Assembly: GCA_043228905.1 (NCBI GenBank) | Contig: JBHGNT010000003.1 | Coordinates: 21,762,001 to 21,826,000, forward strand | Reading direction: 5' to 3' | Source: Azolla caroliniana | Taxonomy: Eukaryota; Plantae; Polypodiophyta | Length of the DNA: 64,000 nucleotides | In this document: piece by piece, positions 38,926 through 51,200 of the stretch | Position numbering within the stretch: the stretch's first letter is position 1 | Layout of the letters: the number at the start of each line of letters is the position of its first letter | Program-made: the position numbers and the translations under genes | The notes under the pieces: model-generated | What the model was told of the DNA's origin: nothing | Database searches by the model: none | The model's input: only the letters and a program-made list of their open reading frames with translations

Positions 38926-41631
38926 AATTATATTATCGTCTTCGGAGGTCAAATATGACCTATAAGACCAAAAAATATTACATGTCACGTGGTACGTGTG
39001 AAAGTGAGTAGCGACTCTCGATGTTCAAGAACTTTACCAATGAATGTCGCAATCAAGAGTGCACATTCTAGTTGTGAGAGAAATTTGTGCAAGGATTGGG
39101 CTTGGTCAAAGAGATGTGGAAAGCATGGTCGAATATGACCAAAGGCAGAGCAATGTATCAAAGTGTGATACGCAGACTCTCGAACTTGTATCAAAGAGAG
39201 AGAGAGAGAGAGAGATACATAGTGAGAATGAGCTTGGTAATGATAGCTCGTGTGCATCTCCTCCTCCTCCACCTCTTTCTATATCTCACCTCCGAGTCTC
39301 CCTACTTCCTGATGTAGTCGTCACTTGTCCCAACCTCACCTTTTGTCCTTGCGTGTCGTACCCACTTCGCCTCTGTTTGGTCCAAGTTTCAAGGTAACTA
39401 CATGTCCCAGCCTCATTGATTTTGTCTCGTTTCGAGCTCGATCGTTGGGGTTGTGATTCCCATAGGTTCGGAACAGAAATTATTGTAAAAGTCTGAGTCA
39501 TCATTCTGTGAGGACTTATTGGCATACAAGTAAACATTACTTGCAGCCTTACCTCTTATTGTCCATTAAACCATTCTCGTTAGTTTAACTACCACAATCC
39601 CCCAGTTCACTCTCCCAACTCACGTCGCTTTTTATGCATCGGCTTGTTAATCACACATATGTCGGTGCCTTACTACTAGGATTTTTCACTTGTGACTTCT
39701 ACAAGACTACCTCGTAGTCAACATTCACCAACCTTGTCATGGACAATAGATTTCTGGCGGACTTGTGTGGTTGACACGTCTATAAAACACTTCGTATCAC
39801 TTGCGTCAATCTTTATCTACATTATCTACTTTCCTTCGTTAGACATTTTTTATTGCTTTATGATCTAGCTATGTATCTCCCATTCATCATGTAGAATTCT
39901 CTAGAAATTTGTCACCCTTGATCTCTGTTGAATTAACCTGAATGAGGAATCGATTACACACATCAATATTGAATGCATGGTGTCTCATAAATTGTCTTTT
40001 CCATGCATGCACATTAGCTGTGTTGAGAATAATCAAGACTATCAATTTTTTGATCCAAATTTCCACTGATTTTGCTTGGACCTCGACCACAACATTCAAA
40101 AGCTCACAGGAATCCAAATTTGGGATCAAGTTGAACTTTTACTGTGTGTAGTTCATTCCATTAAGTTTTCCTCCTAAAAGCATTAGAGGTCCTCACCTCA
40201 ACTTGCAAGTGGATCCATGTCGTTCACTTGGTCATTATCATGTCTTATCAACTCTCAAATCTTGGCATTATAACCATCCAGACATGCAGAACCTTCAAAG
40301 CTCAAACACATTAAAAACACGTAGTAGTGCCCCCTACACAACGATATAAATGAAATAAGAAAGAATCTTAACTTTTAGATGCTTGAGAATGAAATAACAA
40401 GAAGATGATACAATGGACTCGTGTGCCCCTAAGCAACAAAGAAAAACAAACACAATGATGGCTTGAAATACAACCTTAGTTCTATCATATAAGGTGGCTT
40501 TTTACCATAAATATGCTTACATATAGACTACATTTAACTCCTTGACCACCTATCCCATTGATTATTGTCAAAGGAATCATTTAGCTTATTTACACCATGT
40601 TATAGGCATCACAATCATTTATCTCGTGGTATTTGTACCGTAGTATTCTACAAACGAGAATAAAAGTGTGAGAGTTAATCGAGAGTATAAAAAATGGTGG
40701 AATACTTTAATCCTAGGGATTGCAGGTTGATTACAACACAACTACTATGGGATATCTGATCATTTATGGCCATACCTATAACACACCACCAAATAATTCA
40801 CGATGAATCAAAGGAAAACATTTCGAGATGGCCCATACCAATGAATTAAATTAATCATGTTGGAGGATAGAATTATAATTTTTTGGCAACACTTTATATT
40901 ATTACCATTGTGAAACTTCAAAAGGTGGGGAAAAGTTGTATTCAAAAGCACTAAAGGAAATTTTGATAACTAGCAATAAAAATATCATGAAAGTGGAGAC
41001 AATCATACAAATTTATAATGATTGCTTCTAAGAATGTTTGAAGAATCTAAATTCATGAAAAGCGGGTTTATTGAAGACGGTATTGTTGAGTGATATCCAC
41101 ATAGTCCATAATCCCCAAAACCTTACCCAGTTTAGAAATTGGATATACTACCATGCATCCCTAGGAATGAGACCAAATATCTACAAAATACTTACCAAAA
41201 TGGAGGGAGTTGGTGCTTTAATCCCCATAGGAAATGCTCAGTGCTTCAAATCCATGGCAAGTGTTTAGCATTTCCGAAACCAAAATTAGATTATTGGATC
41301 TTGTCATGACAACATGCATTCAATGATAAATTATCCAAAATTGTGAAACCTAAGTAAGAAATACCATAGTGGCAAGGCTTGCTAAGAACATTTTCCATCA
41401 AGATTATGACTTAATTATACTCCATTTAGCATTAATGATCACTGAATTGTTTTATCGACGGAGTCGGAAGAGGCAACCTCATAACTAATTGGTTGTTATG
41501 TGATCCATAGGATGATTTGGGGCCACCAATAAGATTCCAACCTTGAAACCTATTTTATATTGCTAGTGGTAGAAAAACTACCTAAAGATAGTTGAGTTTC
41601 AAATTGTTTCCATTGTGTTCTTGAAGGATAC

Positions 41632-42042
41632 TGAAAAAGATTATGTGCGGAAGCAATAGAAAACTGAACACAGAAAATACGCAGGTTTAATGGAGAGCTT
41701 GAATATACACAGTACACGGGAGAGACAGAGAGAGAGAGAGAGAGAGAACACACAGAAACTCAATTCAAAATAATACTCAATCTATACATACACCGTGCTC
41801 AGTGAGCACCTTTTATACAAGCCCTAACAATAGGGCTGACACAAGTACTGATAGTACTTGACTGCTCATAAATGAGCCTCGACACTCACTCCCAAAATTA
41901 TTCCTTACGAGGAATATCTCTTTAACGGCCTTTTCGGTTTACGCACCGATACAACCAAGTTATGCGTACTGATTTACGCACCCAGTCTACGCAATGGGTT
42001 ACGCATCGTATTACGCACGAATGTTGAGCTTGTCTCGCAACA
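41632..42042 (-). repeat. 3' LTR of the copia element (411 bp)
   Basis: Direct repeat of 47542-47942, with about 18 substitutions and a 10-bp (AG)n indel by manual count. Confidence 0.95.
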
Positions 42043-45000
42043 CTCCCCCTCAAGCTCAACTTGAGGTTCCACCTGCTCCACGCCTCGCTCGCGCTCCTCG
42101 ACCCGTTCGATTCCGCGCGCCTCGACCCTTCCGGTTGGCTTGTCTAGTTACACAGCCCTTCTCAGCTTCCTTGGTTGTGCAGTGTTGGCGCCTCTTCTGT
42201 TGCCTTCTCTTCTGCTTGGCCCTTGGTTGATTTAGCGTATCCGAATCAAACATCCAAACTGACTCAGCTTCCTCCGATCGGTTTCCGCTCTCGTCCGAGT
42301 TGGCTGTCTCCAACTCGTCTTCAGTCTTCTCGCCCTTGATGGCTTCGTCTCCCCCATGCTTGGTTGGCTTCGACTCTTTCTTTCGTTTGCTCTTCCGCGG
42401 ATCAGCCCTCGGCTTCTTCAGCCGATTCGAAATCGAAATCGTCATCCGACTTGGCATCACGGTCTATTCCGTTCCTTTCCTGCTCCCTTCCGTGGTCATC
42501 ATGGACATCTCTCCCCCTCAAGTTCGGCAGGTCGAGGTGACGCAACCCAAGCGCACCTGAGAATTGCCACAACTTGTCCAGACCAAGAGGCTTGGTGAAG
42601 ATGTCGGCGTTTTGCCGATCCGTCGGAACATACTGAAGTTCGACTTCACCGGAGAGGACACGCTCACGGACGAAATGGTAGTGCACCTCAATGTGCTTAG
42701 TCCGGGCATGGAAGACAGGGTTCTTAGCTAGTTGGATGTTGCTGAGGTTGTCACAATAGATTGTTGTTGGATCGGATACCTCCACCTACAAATCCTTAAG
42801 TGGTCGCTTCAACCATATGGCTTCGCATGTCACGACAGTCGCTCCTCTATACTCAGCTTCGGTGCTCGACAACGCAATTGTCAGCTGCTTCTTGCTACTA
42901 CACGCGATCGCGGCACTCCCAAGAGAGAACGCGAAACCGGATGTGGGTTGGCGATTGGCGGTGTTTCCGACCCAATCAGCATCGGTGTAACCGACCAACT
43001 GCGTGGCAGTATCAGTCCGATATAGTAGCCCCGGTCCTTAGTACCACTAACGTACCGGAGTACGCGTTGTGCGCACTAAAGGTGCTCCTCGGTCGGTCAC
43101 GCCATGAACTGACTAATCACCTTGACTGGGTAGCTGAGATATGGTCGGGTGATGGTCAAGTATATAAGGCTTCCGACTATCTGTCGGAACCTCATCGAGT
43201 CGCATACCTTTCCGGAATCGGGACGAAGCTTCACGGTTCTATCCAGAGGCCATCCCGAATCTGAAGAGCATACTCAACACGTAATGTCGTTGACTGATCA
43301 GTATGCCTTCGAGGGTACGGATCACTTCGATCGCGAGGAAGTAATGAAGGTCCCCCAGATCCTTCATGTCGAATGATGCCGCAAGCTGGAGCTTCACGCG
43401 GTCAATCTCACCTAGGTCGGCGTTGGTGATGACCAAGTCATCAACATAAAGTAAAATGCTAAACGGCCCGAGTCAATTTTTCCGGATGAATAGTGAGGAG
43501 TCCGATTTTGACGTTGCAAAGCCCAACCGACGCAATCGTTGCGTGATCTTCGCGTTCTAGGCATGTGGGGCTTGCTTTAGTCTGTAAAGGGACTTCTTCA
43601 ATCGGCACACCGCCGAAGTGTTCGTTCCGGAGTGAAATCCGGGGGGCTGTAGCATGTACACATGTTCCTCAAGTTCACCTTGCAGGAACACATTCTTTAC
43701 ATCCATCTGATGTAAGTGCCACCCCTTTGCCGTAGTGACCGCGAGCAAAACACGGACGGTCGTCATTTTTGCGACCGGTGCAAATGTCTCATCGTAGTCG
43801 ATGCCGTGTTTTTGCGCCTAGCCTTTCGCTACTAACTGGGCCTTGTATCAGTTGACCGAGCCATCAATGTTGTACTTGACCTTGTACACCCACCTACATC
43901 CGATCGGCTTCACACCTTTCGGTGCGTCAACTAGGTCCCAGGTTTCATTCTTCGCTAATGCGCGCATCTCTTCCTCCATTGCGGCACGCCAATTCGCGTC
44001 CCTCGCCACTTCTGAGTAGCTCTCTGGCTCACGTACCTCCGCTACACGCGTCATGTACGCATAGTTGATGCGCCATGTACTCGTTGTAACTGAACCGCAC
44101 AACAGGGTTCTTCTGGCAGGTTGATCAGCGTAATTGCTCATTTGCCGAAGTTGAGGCTTTCTTGGCCGACACGGACTTCGGTCTCGAGGGCCCGTCGTTA
44201 CTTCCCTTGGAGTCGGACTCGCGTTAGTCCGACTGGTTCCTATTTGTGCCGTAATCCGACACCTTCTTCTTCCCTTTTTCTTTGCACGTAAGCCGTCTCC
44301 TCGGCTTCCTACACGGGGAATGCACGGCCGAGTCCCCACTACTCGCCGGCTCTTCATCGGACTAGTCGAACCGACTCAGTCGTCCATTCAGTCCGCTTAA
44401 CCGAAACAAAATCGGACTCTCTTCGCGGGTCCCGATTTCAGGCTCATCCGGAGGCATCTCGGCCTCGCTGACCTCATCGTCAGAACTCGGATTGGAGGTG
44501 AGGTTCGGAGTCGGAGGCAAGTACCAGGACGCGGACTCGTCAAACACAACGTCACGGCTCACGCGCGCTTGTTTGGTGTGAGGGTTATAACACTTATAAC
44601 CATTCTGCTCGTCCAAGTAGCCGACCAAGATACACTTCTCGGCTTTCCCGTCCAACTTCCTCCGTTTCTCCTTCGGCACATGCACATACGCAATGCTACC
44701 GAAAACTCTCAAGTGTCGTAGATTCGGCTTCCTTCCGAAATACAGCTCATGCGCCGACACTTTGTCTCCGATTCGATTATGGATGTATACCGCGGTTTGT
44801 ACCGCCTTGGCCCAATAGAACTTGGGCAAGCTCTTTTCCTCCAGCATTGCCCATGCTGCTTCCACAATTGACCGGTTCTTCCTCTCGGCTACGCCATTTT
44901 GCTCCGACGTGTATCTACAACTGAATTCATGTCGAATTCCCAGTTGTTGCAGATAGCCATTTAATTGACCGGAAAAGTATTGTTTTCCGCCATCCGACCG

Positions 45001-46278
45001 CGAGCACTTGATCATCTGTCTTGTTTCCATTTCCACGAACCCTTTGAGGTCCCGGAAACAGTCGAAGACTTCACTCTTCTTCTCGATGAGATAGATCCAT
45101 GTGTCCCGCGTATAGTCGTCGATGAAGGAGACAAAATATCGACTCCCGCCAAGACTAACGTTTTGTGCTAGCGCCCATATATCAGAATGTATCAAGTTGA
45201 GCTTGTTCCGGCTCCGGTTACGCTCGTTAGGGAAAGGAAGTCGGTGTTGCTTCCCTAGCTGGCGGGCTTCACAAAATTGTGCCTTCCGGCCACTAAATTT
45301 GGGCAATCCGAACACCACCTGTTTCGATTGCAGGTCCTAAAGCCATTGATAGTTGACGTGGCCTATCCGCTTGTGCCATAAGTCGATATCCGACTCGACT
45401 TTTTGTCCTTTCGCGAACATTGCGGTGCCACCGTCACTAGAGTCGAGGATAAACATCCTCCCGTCTCTACGCCCTTGCGCAATAACTCGGCCTTCTTCTT
45501 CGATGAAGCACCCGAGATGTGTGAACCGGACTTGCATCCCCTGGTCGATGATTTGCCCGACCAACACCAGATTCTTCGTGATTGTCAGGACGTGTAACAC
45601 GTTCATGAGTTTCCCTTTCTGCCCGACATGGCTCAAGGGAACTTCATCGACATTCGCGACCGGATGCAGAGTGTCGTCTCCAGTTGCGACTACTCCCGGT
45701 TGCATCGGTTTCTCAAGGTATGAGAACCACTCCTCGTGGCACGTCATGTGATTTGACGCATCGGAGTCGACGTACCACACCTCATTCGATTTCGGGGTGC
45801 ACATCTTCATCGAGTTCGCTTCGTATCTCATCACGAAGACTCACCCTTTTTCGGCTTTTCCAGATCCTTTGGCGTAGTGCGATCGCTGTCGATTTCCTTT
45901 GTCGGTTTGTCCGGAACCTTATCCAGACCCGGTTCTCTCCGACTCGGCGCACTTTTTCCAGCACTCGCTCTCCCTGTGGCCTTTCTTGCCAGAGTACCAG
46001 CATTCCGCAATAGATTTCTCTTCCCGGTTCTCATCGCCTCGACTCCCCCAGTTTCCAGAGGGTCCGGAATTGTTGTCGGCATCACTTCGGTGCCTTCTTC
46101 CTTGATCCCATCGGCTGCCTCCATTACGCACTGACTCGCCTCGTCCGCCACAACCACGGGGCCTATCTCCCTCCGTGTACAACATCTTGTTGTCGGCATG
46201 CGTGCTCGTCGACGCACCCGCGTGGTTCTCCTCTATAAGGAGCATCGACTGTAGGTCGAAAAATGACGACGTATTCTC

Positions 46279-46942
46279 TGACAGGAACTACACGCTCCAT
46301 ATGCGCAACGCTCGGCCACAACCGAGCTTAGAAACATACACCGAAAAAACGGGGAATGGATGCACGACACAGGAGAGAAGAGTACACAGGAAAGAAAAGA
46401 GAATACAAGATGTTAACGTGGAAAACCCAAACTAGGGAAAAAACCACGGCAACCCACATATTGCAAACTATCACTATATCACAATGATTACAACAGTGAG
46501 CTCAAAGAGGCAACGACCTCGTGCTCACGATCTTCGCCACAGGCGGCGGTTACAACAGAGATATGAACTCTTCGTCTCTCTCTCTCTGTACACGGTTGCG
46601 CTATAATCTTGCAACAACAAGAATGACAACAACAATAAAAGAGTTTGCCCTAAGTCATATTTATACTAATATGACTTTTTGGCTATTTACACATATAGCC
46701 CCGATAGACTCTCAGAAACATATTTACGAATATGTCCCTTCATCCGGTGAGCACTCCTCACCGGGTCTGCATCATCCGGCGCTTGTCGGGTACTCGTCAT
46801 CCGGTTCTCACCGGGTCTGCACCATCCGGCTCATGCCGGGTACTCCACATCCGGTTTCGGCCTCGGCCTATCGGCCTCGACCGAGTTTGCTCATCAGTAC
46901 TGTTCTCCTCACTTCCCATCCGGAGGGACCTGTTACCTAACA
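46279..46942 (-). mobile_element. Nested solo LTR (664 bp) of a different family interrupting the copia gag
   Basis: TG...CA ends and a perfect TSD TTCTC (46274-46278, 46943-46947). Copia-LTR-like CCGTGGTTTTTTCCC...GGGTTTTCCACGTTAA on the minus strand; internal CATCCGG repeats at 46741-46860. Confidence 0.88.
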
Positions 46943-47541
46943 TTCTCCCATGTACACACAGTAGTTCGGAATGCTCTGAACTTCGACGCCAGTCCCTCGA
47001 GACAGATCTACACCATCTCGCCTTCCCCGACGTTCACATCGATGGAGGCTAAGGAGTCACATATATCTTTGATCTTTGAGGTGTAATCAGCCATCGACAA
47101 ATCGCGTTGTTGTAGGTTGCTCAACTCTTGTCGAAGTTGAAGCTTTCTAGCTGTAGTGCTTGCAGTGAAAATCTTCTTCAGATTTCCCCAAACATCTTTC
47201 GGCGTTTTTGCATCTCGAATGTAGCTTAGGAGTTGTTCGCCCACACAAGATGCAAAGCAGTATAGTACTCTGCTCACCGATTGTTCCCACGCCGGGAAAT
47301 CTCTGTGTGTCAATTCGGGTGCTGTGTCATTTGCTCCGTCGACGTAACTCTAGTAACTGTGCCCGAGCAGGTACTGGTGCATCTTGTAGGACCAAGACGC
47401 GTAGTTGTTTCTGTCGAGCTTCTCGGTAGGAAGCGAGCTAGCCATGCTTCTATCCATTTTGTTTTTCCTGTTCTTCTTGGTTAGTTTTCTTTTCAAGCTA
47501 TGTCGGCTGCTGAGGTTCTCAACCCTCGCGCTCTAATACCA

Positions 47542-47942
47542 TGAAAAAGATTATATGCGGAAGCAATAGAAAATTGAACACAGAAAATACGCAGGTTTAA
47601 TGGAGAGCTTGAATATACAAAGTACACGGGAGAGACAGAGAGAGAGAACACACAGAAACTCGATTCAAAATAATACTCAATCTATGCATACATTGTGCTC
47701 AATGAGCACCTTTTATATAAGCCCTGACAATCGGGCTGACACAAGTACTGATAGTACTTGACTGCTCATAAATGAGCCTCGACACTCACTCCCAAAATTA
47801 GTCCTTACGAGGAATATCTCTCTAACGGCCTTTTCGGTTTACGCACCGATACGGCCAGGTTATGCGTACTGATTTACGCACCCAGTCTACGCACTGGGTT
47901 ACGCATCGTATTACGCACGAATGTTGAGCTTGTCTCTCAACA
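47542..47942 (-). repeat. 5' LTR of the copia element (401 bp)
   Basis: Adjacent to the PBS; TATA-like TATATAAAAG on the minus strand at about 47710-47719. Confidence 0.95.
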
Positions 47943-49049
47943 GATACACATGTTTGCTTTGTTGACTTTGCATTTCTAATGAAACCAACTATATTGTCCT
48001 CAACACTTATGTTGACAAATGCTTCAACTTATGATGTATTTCTTTTTCTATCCATGATTAGGTTTTGGTTCTTCTATGTGACTATGTTGCAGATGTTCTT
48101 CACTGTGACTATAGTTTGTATATTGAAAGTCCAAGCCCCATATGACAATTCCCAATAACATGTTATTAAATGGATCCATAATGAATTATTGGGCGACATT
48201 CTCAAAGGATTCTAATATACTAAAAATAACTGCAATATGTGTGGCTCCAATGTACACAACATTAAGAACACATGTATGAATCAACACCTACATGCCAATA
48301 TCGTTGGGCAAAGGATGCAAATGTCCATATACCATATTAGTAATGAATTGGGCAAGAGTGGTTGTCAATCAGTGTCAAGCCTCTAGTCTCGCAACCCTAA
48401 CATTACAAGCTCTTACTCACACTCCCTTGACTCTCAACTTAATATATTAAATAGGTCTTAATCAGACTTCACAATTAAATACACTTACACATCAGATAAG
48501 TACACATATAAAGACAACAAACACTTATGGCACACATACAAGAGGTAGAGTAATTAGGTTTTGGCTAATTAACACATAACCTTAATTAAGAGAATAGAGT
48601 TAGAACTCTAGTTAAGATTATATAAAAGAAGAACAATGTCATCAAGCACCCGCATATCCTTCGAGGTAGCCACATCAAAGTGCATTACAAAATATCCTCC
48701 CAAAGCTTTGGTCTTAAATACGACACCGTCACAGGTGGTTTGACAATAGGATACCATCATTCACCCCAAAAATCTTTACAGGGTGAACATAAACCAACCA
48801 AATTTCTCGTATGAAGAATGGTAACTCGACAAGGAATGAACACTTTGATCCTTGCTCTGAAGGGGGGGGGGGGAGATTGCCATGCTTATGAACCATGAGA
48901 GATGGTTCTCAAATGTGAGCCATAAGGCATCCATCCATCCATCCATCCATCCATACATACATACATACATACATATGGATGTTCCCATAGATGAGGTCTT
49001 GGGCTCAAATCTGATAATGGGCTTAATGATAGGAATAAGATGAGCCCAT

Positions 49050-51200
49050 ATGCAGAAGAAGCAGCAACAACTAGGTGTGCCATGGATGAGCAGATTGCAG
49101 TGTCTTCTCCGAGAATGCACAAAGAGGAAAGATGTCCACACTGGTACAAGATTACATGGCCTCATGGTCACCCACAGACTAGACACTGTGGATCTCTTTG
49201 GAGGTCTGCTCATCCTTTTTTATACTCAGTGTGGGAGGTTGCAAGATGCTCATCACTGCTTTCGCAGGATCATCATCTATGGAGGATCCACCTCTGTTCA
49301 CACGTGGAACCTCATCATCTCTGCCCATCTCAAGCTAGGCAGTAGTCATATGGTTTTCCACTTGTACACTCAAATGAATGAATTAGAATGCCTCACCCCA
49401 AATAGAACTACGTTTGTTTCAACTCTTAGAGCTTGTGTTGACTCTCAATTTCTGGGGGAGGGTATGCTTCTTCATTCTCATATGATTCAAAGTAATGTAG
49501 ATCATATGGTGGATTCAGAGCTAGCTTCATCTCTCATCTCATTCTACTCGAGGTTTGGATGTGTTGCTGATGCAGAATGTGTGTTTGATGCCGTCCATGC
49601 ACGAGATCGTGATGTAATCTTATTGGGCTCTATGATCTATGCATATGTTGAACATGGATATGACCATACCAGTATTGAGCTTTTTGAAGGCATTCTAAGA
49701 AAAGGTCTTGAGCCGAGCCACTTCATCTTAAAATCTATGATGAAAGCTTGCAAAAGTTGTGTAGCTCATGTCTTGAAGATGCATGATCAAATTGTTAGAA
49801 GTGGGTATGAATCAGATGTTGTCATTGGGAGCTCGCTTGTTGATGTGTATGCAAAGTTGGGCGAATTTGATGGTGCATCAAAAGTTTTCAAAGGTCTTTC
49901 CAATCAAGATGTTGTATTGTGGGGTGCTCTCATAGGTGGACATACACATCATGGTCATGGACACATTGCTCTTGAGCTCTTCGATGGATTAATGAAACAG
50001 ACGCACCTAAACCCAGACGTGGCAATCCTTTTAAGTGTAGTACTAGCTTGTACACAAGTCAGGAATGGAAGTAAAGGAAGAATAATTCATGGTTTGATTG
50101 TTGAGAATGATCTTGAATTGAATGTAGCTATTGGGAGCAGCCTTATCCGCATGTATGCTACATGTGGTTGTCTACCAGAAGCACATCAAATCTTCGATAG
50201 GTTGCAAGATAGAGACATTATCTCATGGGGAGCAATCATGGCAGGTTACATGGAACATGGACAATGCCAAAGAGTGATAAACCTCTACAGTCGGATGCAA
50301 GATGAAGATTTCCGGCATGAAGTAGATAGGGTGATTCTCATGAATTTACTGGGAGCATGTAGTGGTATAGGAGATATAAGACTAGGCAGGAAAATACATG
50401 ATCAGGTGATGCTGTGGAATGATGTGCTTCTATTTGATGATGTCGATGTCGGAAATGCATTTGTGAACATGTATGTGAAATGTGGGAGTCTAAAAGACGC
50501 TCATCGCATGTTTGATCACATCCCCACTCGGAATTTGGTTGCATGGGGTGCAATGATTGCAGGATATGTACAAGAGGGTAACGTCTCCGATGCATTCAAA
50601 CTATTCGATCATATGTTGCATCAACGAATTGAACCCGATGAAGGCTTGTATGCGTGTATTTTCAAGGCATGTACATTGACGGGAGTGGCGAGGAAACTTG
50701 GAAGGTTGTTACATGACCGAGTCATTCGAAATGGCTTCGATAACATATCCATTGTGTCGAATGCAATCATATATATGTATGGAAGTTGTGAAAGCCTACA
50801 GGAGGCATGCAAAGTTTTAGACAACATGTCAAACAAAGATGTGATATCATGGAGCTCATTGATCACTGGGCTAGCCTTGAATGGAAACAATGTAATAGCC
50901 GAGAAGTTACTTGTTGCTATGCGATTGCAAGGTTTGACCCCGGATGATACATTGTATGCAACACTTATGTCTTCATACACACATCGTGGTTTAGTGGAGG
51001 AAAGTATCATGTCTTTTAAGAATATGGGAGACATCCAAACCACATACAAACTATATAATTCCCTCGTAGACCTTTTTAGCAGAACAGGACACCTTTTAGA
51101 GGCTAAAGACTTGCTCCACACTATGCCATCCTTGCCAGATGGGGTTGTATGCATGTCTTTGCTAACAAATAGCAAGACTTATGGCCACTATTCTCTTTGA
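49050..51200 (+). CDS. Intronless PLS-class pentatricopeptide repeat protein (716 aa) ending within the E1 motif
   Basis: Repeated P-L-S triplets (GSSLVDVYAKLG, DVVLWGALIGG, GNAFVNMYVKCGSLKDA, LVAWGAMIAGY). C-terminus YNSLVDLFSRTGHLLEA...MPSLPDGVVCMSLL; no DYW domain. Confidence 0.92.
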   Translation: MQKKQQQLGVPWMSRLQCLLRECTKRKDVHTGTRLHGLMVTHRLDTVDLFGGLLILFYTQCGRLQDAHHCFRRIIIYGGSTSVHTWNLIISAHLKLGSSHMVFHLYTQMNELECLTPNRTTFVSTLRACVDSQFLGEGMLLHSHMIQSNVDHMVDSELASSLISFYSRFGCVADAECVFDAVHARDRDVILLGSMIYAYVEHGYDHTSIELFEGILRKGLEPSHFILKSMMKACKSCVAHVLKMHDQIVRSGYESDVVIGSSLVDVYAKLGEFDGASKVFKGLSNQDVVLWGALIGGHTHHGHGHIALELFDGLMKQTHLNPDVAILLSVVLACTQVRNGSKGRIIHGLIVENDLELNVAIGSSLIRMYATCGCLPEAHQIFDRLQDRDIISWGAIMAGYMEHGQCQRVINLYSRMQDEDFRHEVDRVILMNLLGACSGIGDIRLGRKIHDQVMLWNDVLLFDDVDVGNAFVNMYVKCGSLKDAHRMFDHIPTRNLVAWGAMIAGYVQEGNVSDAFKLFDHMLHQRIEPDEGLYACIFKACTLTGVARKLGRLLHDRVIRNGFDNISIVSNAIIYMYGSCESLQEACKVLDNMSNKDVISWSSLITGLALNGNNVIAEKLLVAMRLQGLTPDDTLYATLMSSYTHRGLVEESIMSFKNMGDIQTTYKLYNSLVDLFSRTGHLLEAKDLLHTMPSLPDGVVCMSLLTNSKTYGHYSL

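Larger units (their letters stand above)
41632..47942 (-). mobile_element. Full-length but decayed Ty1/copia LTR retrotransposon
   Basis: LTRs 47542-47942 (5') and 41632-42042 (3'), TG...CA, 5-bp TSD GATAC (41627-41631, 47943-47947). PBS TGGTATTAGAGC (tRNA-iMet-like, 47530-47541); PPT CTTGAGGGGGAG (42043-42054). Domain order gag, CCHC knuckle, PR (WYVDSDAS), GAG-pre/IN (SDGG, QNGVAERKNR), RT ([10 protein letters not shown]), RH (ADIFTKPL). Many stops and frameshifts. Confidence 0.97.

Noticed and set aside
38245-38988. Low-complexity ORFs (poly-K/E/F, HT and SL repeats; also 52949-53378, 60582-60941, 62553-62932)
   Set aside because: They are translations of microsatellites.
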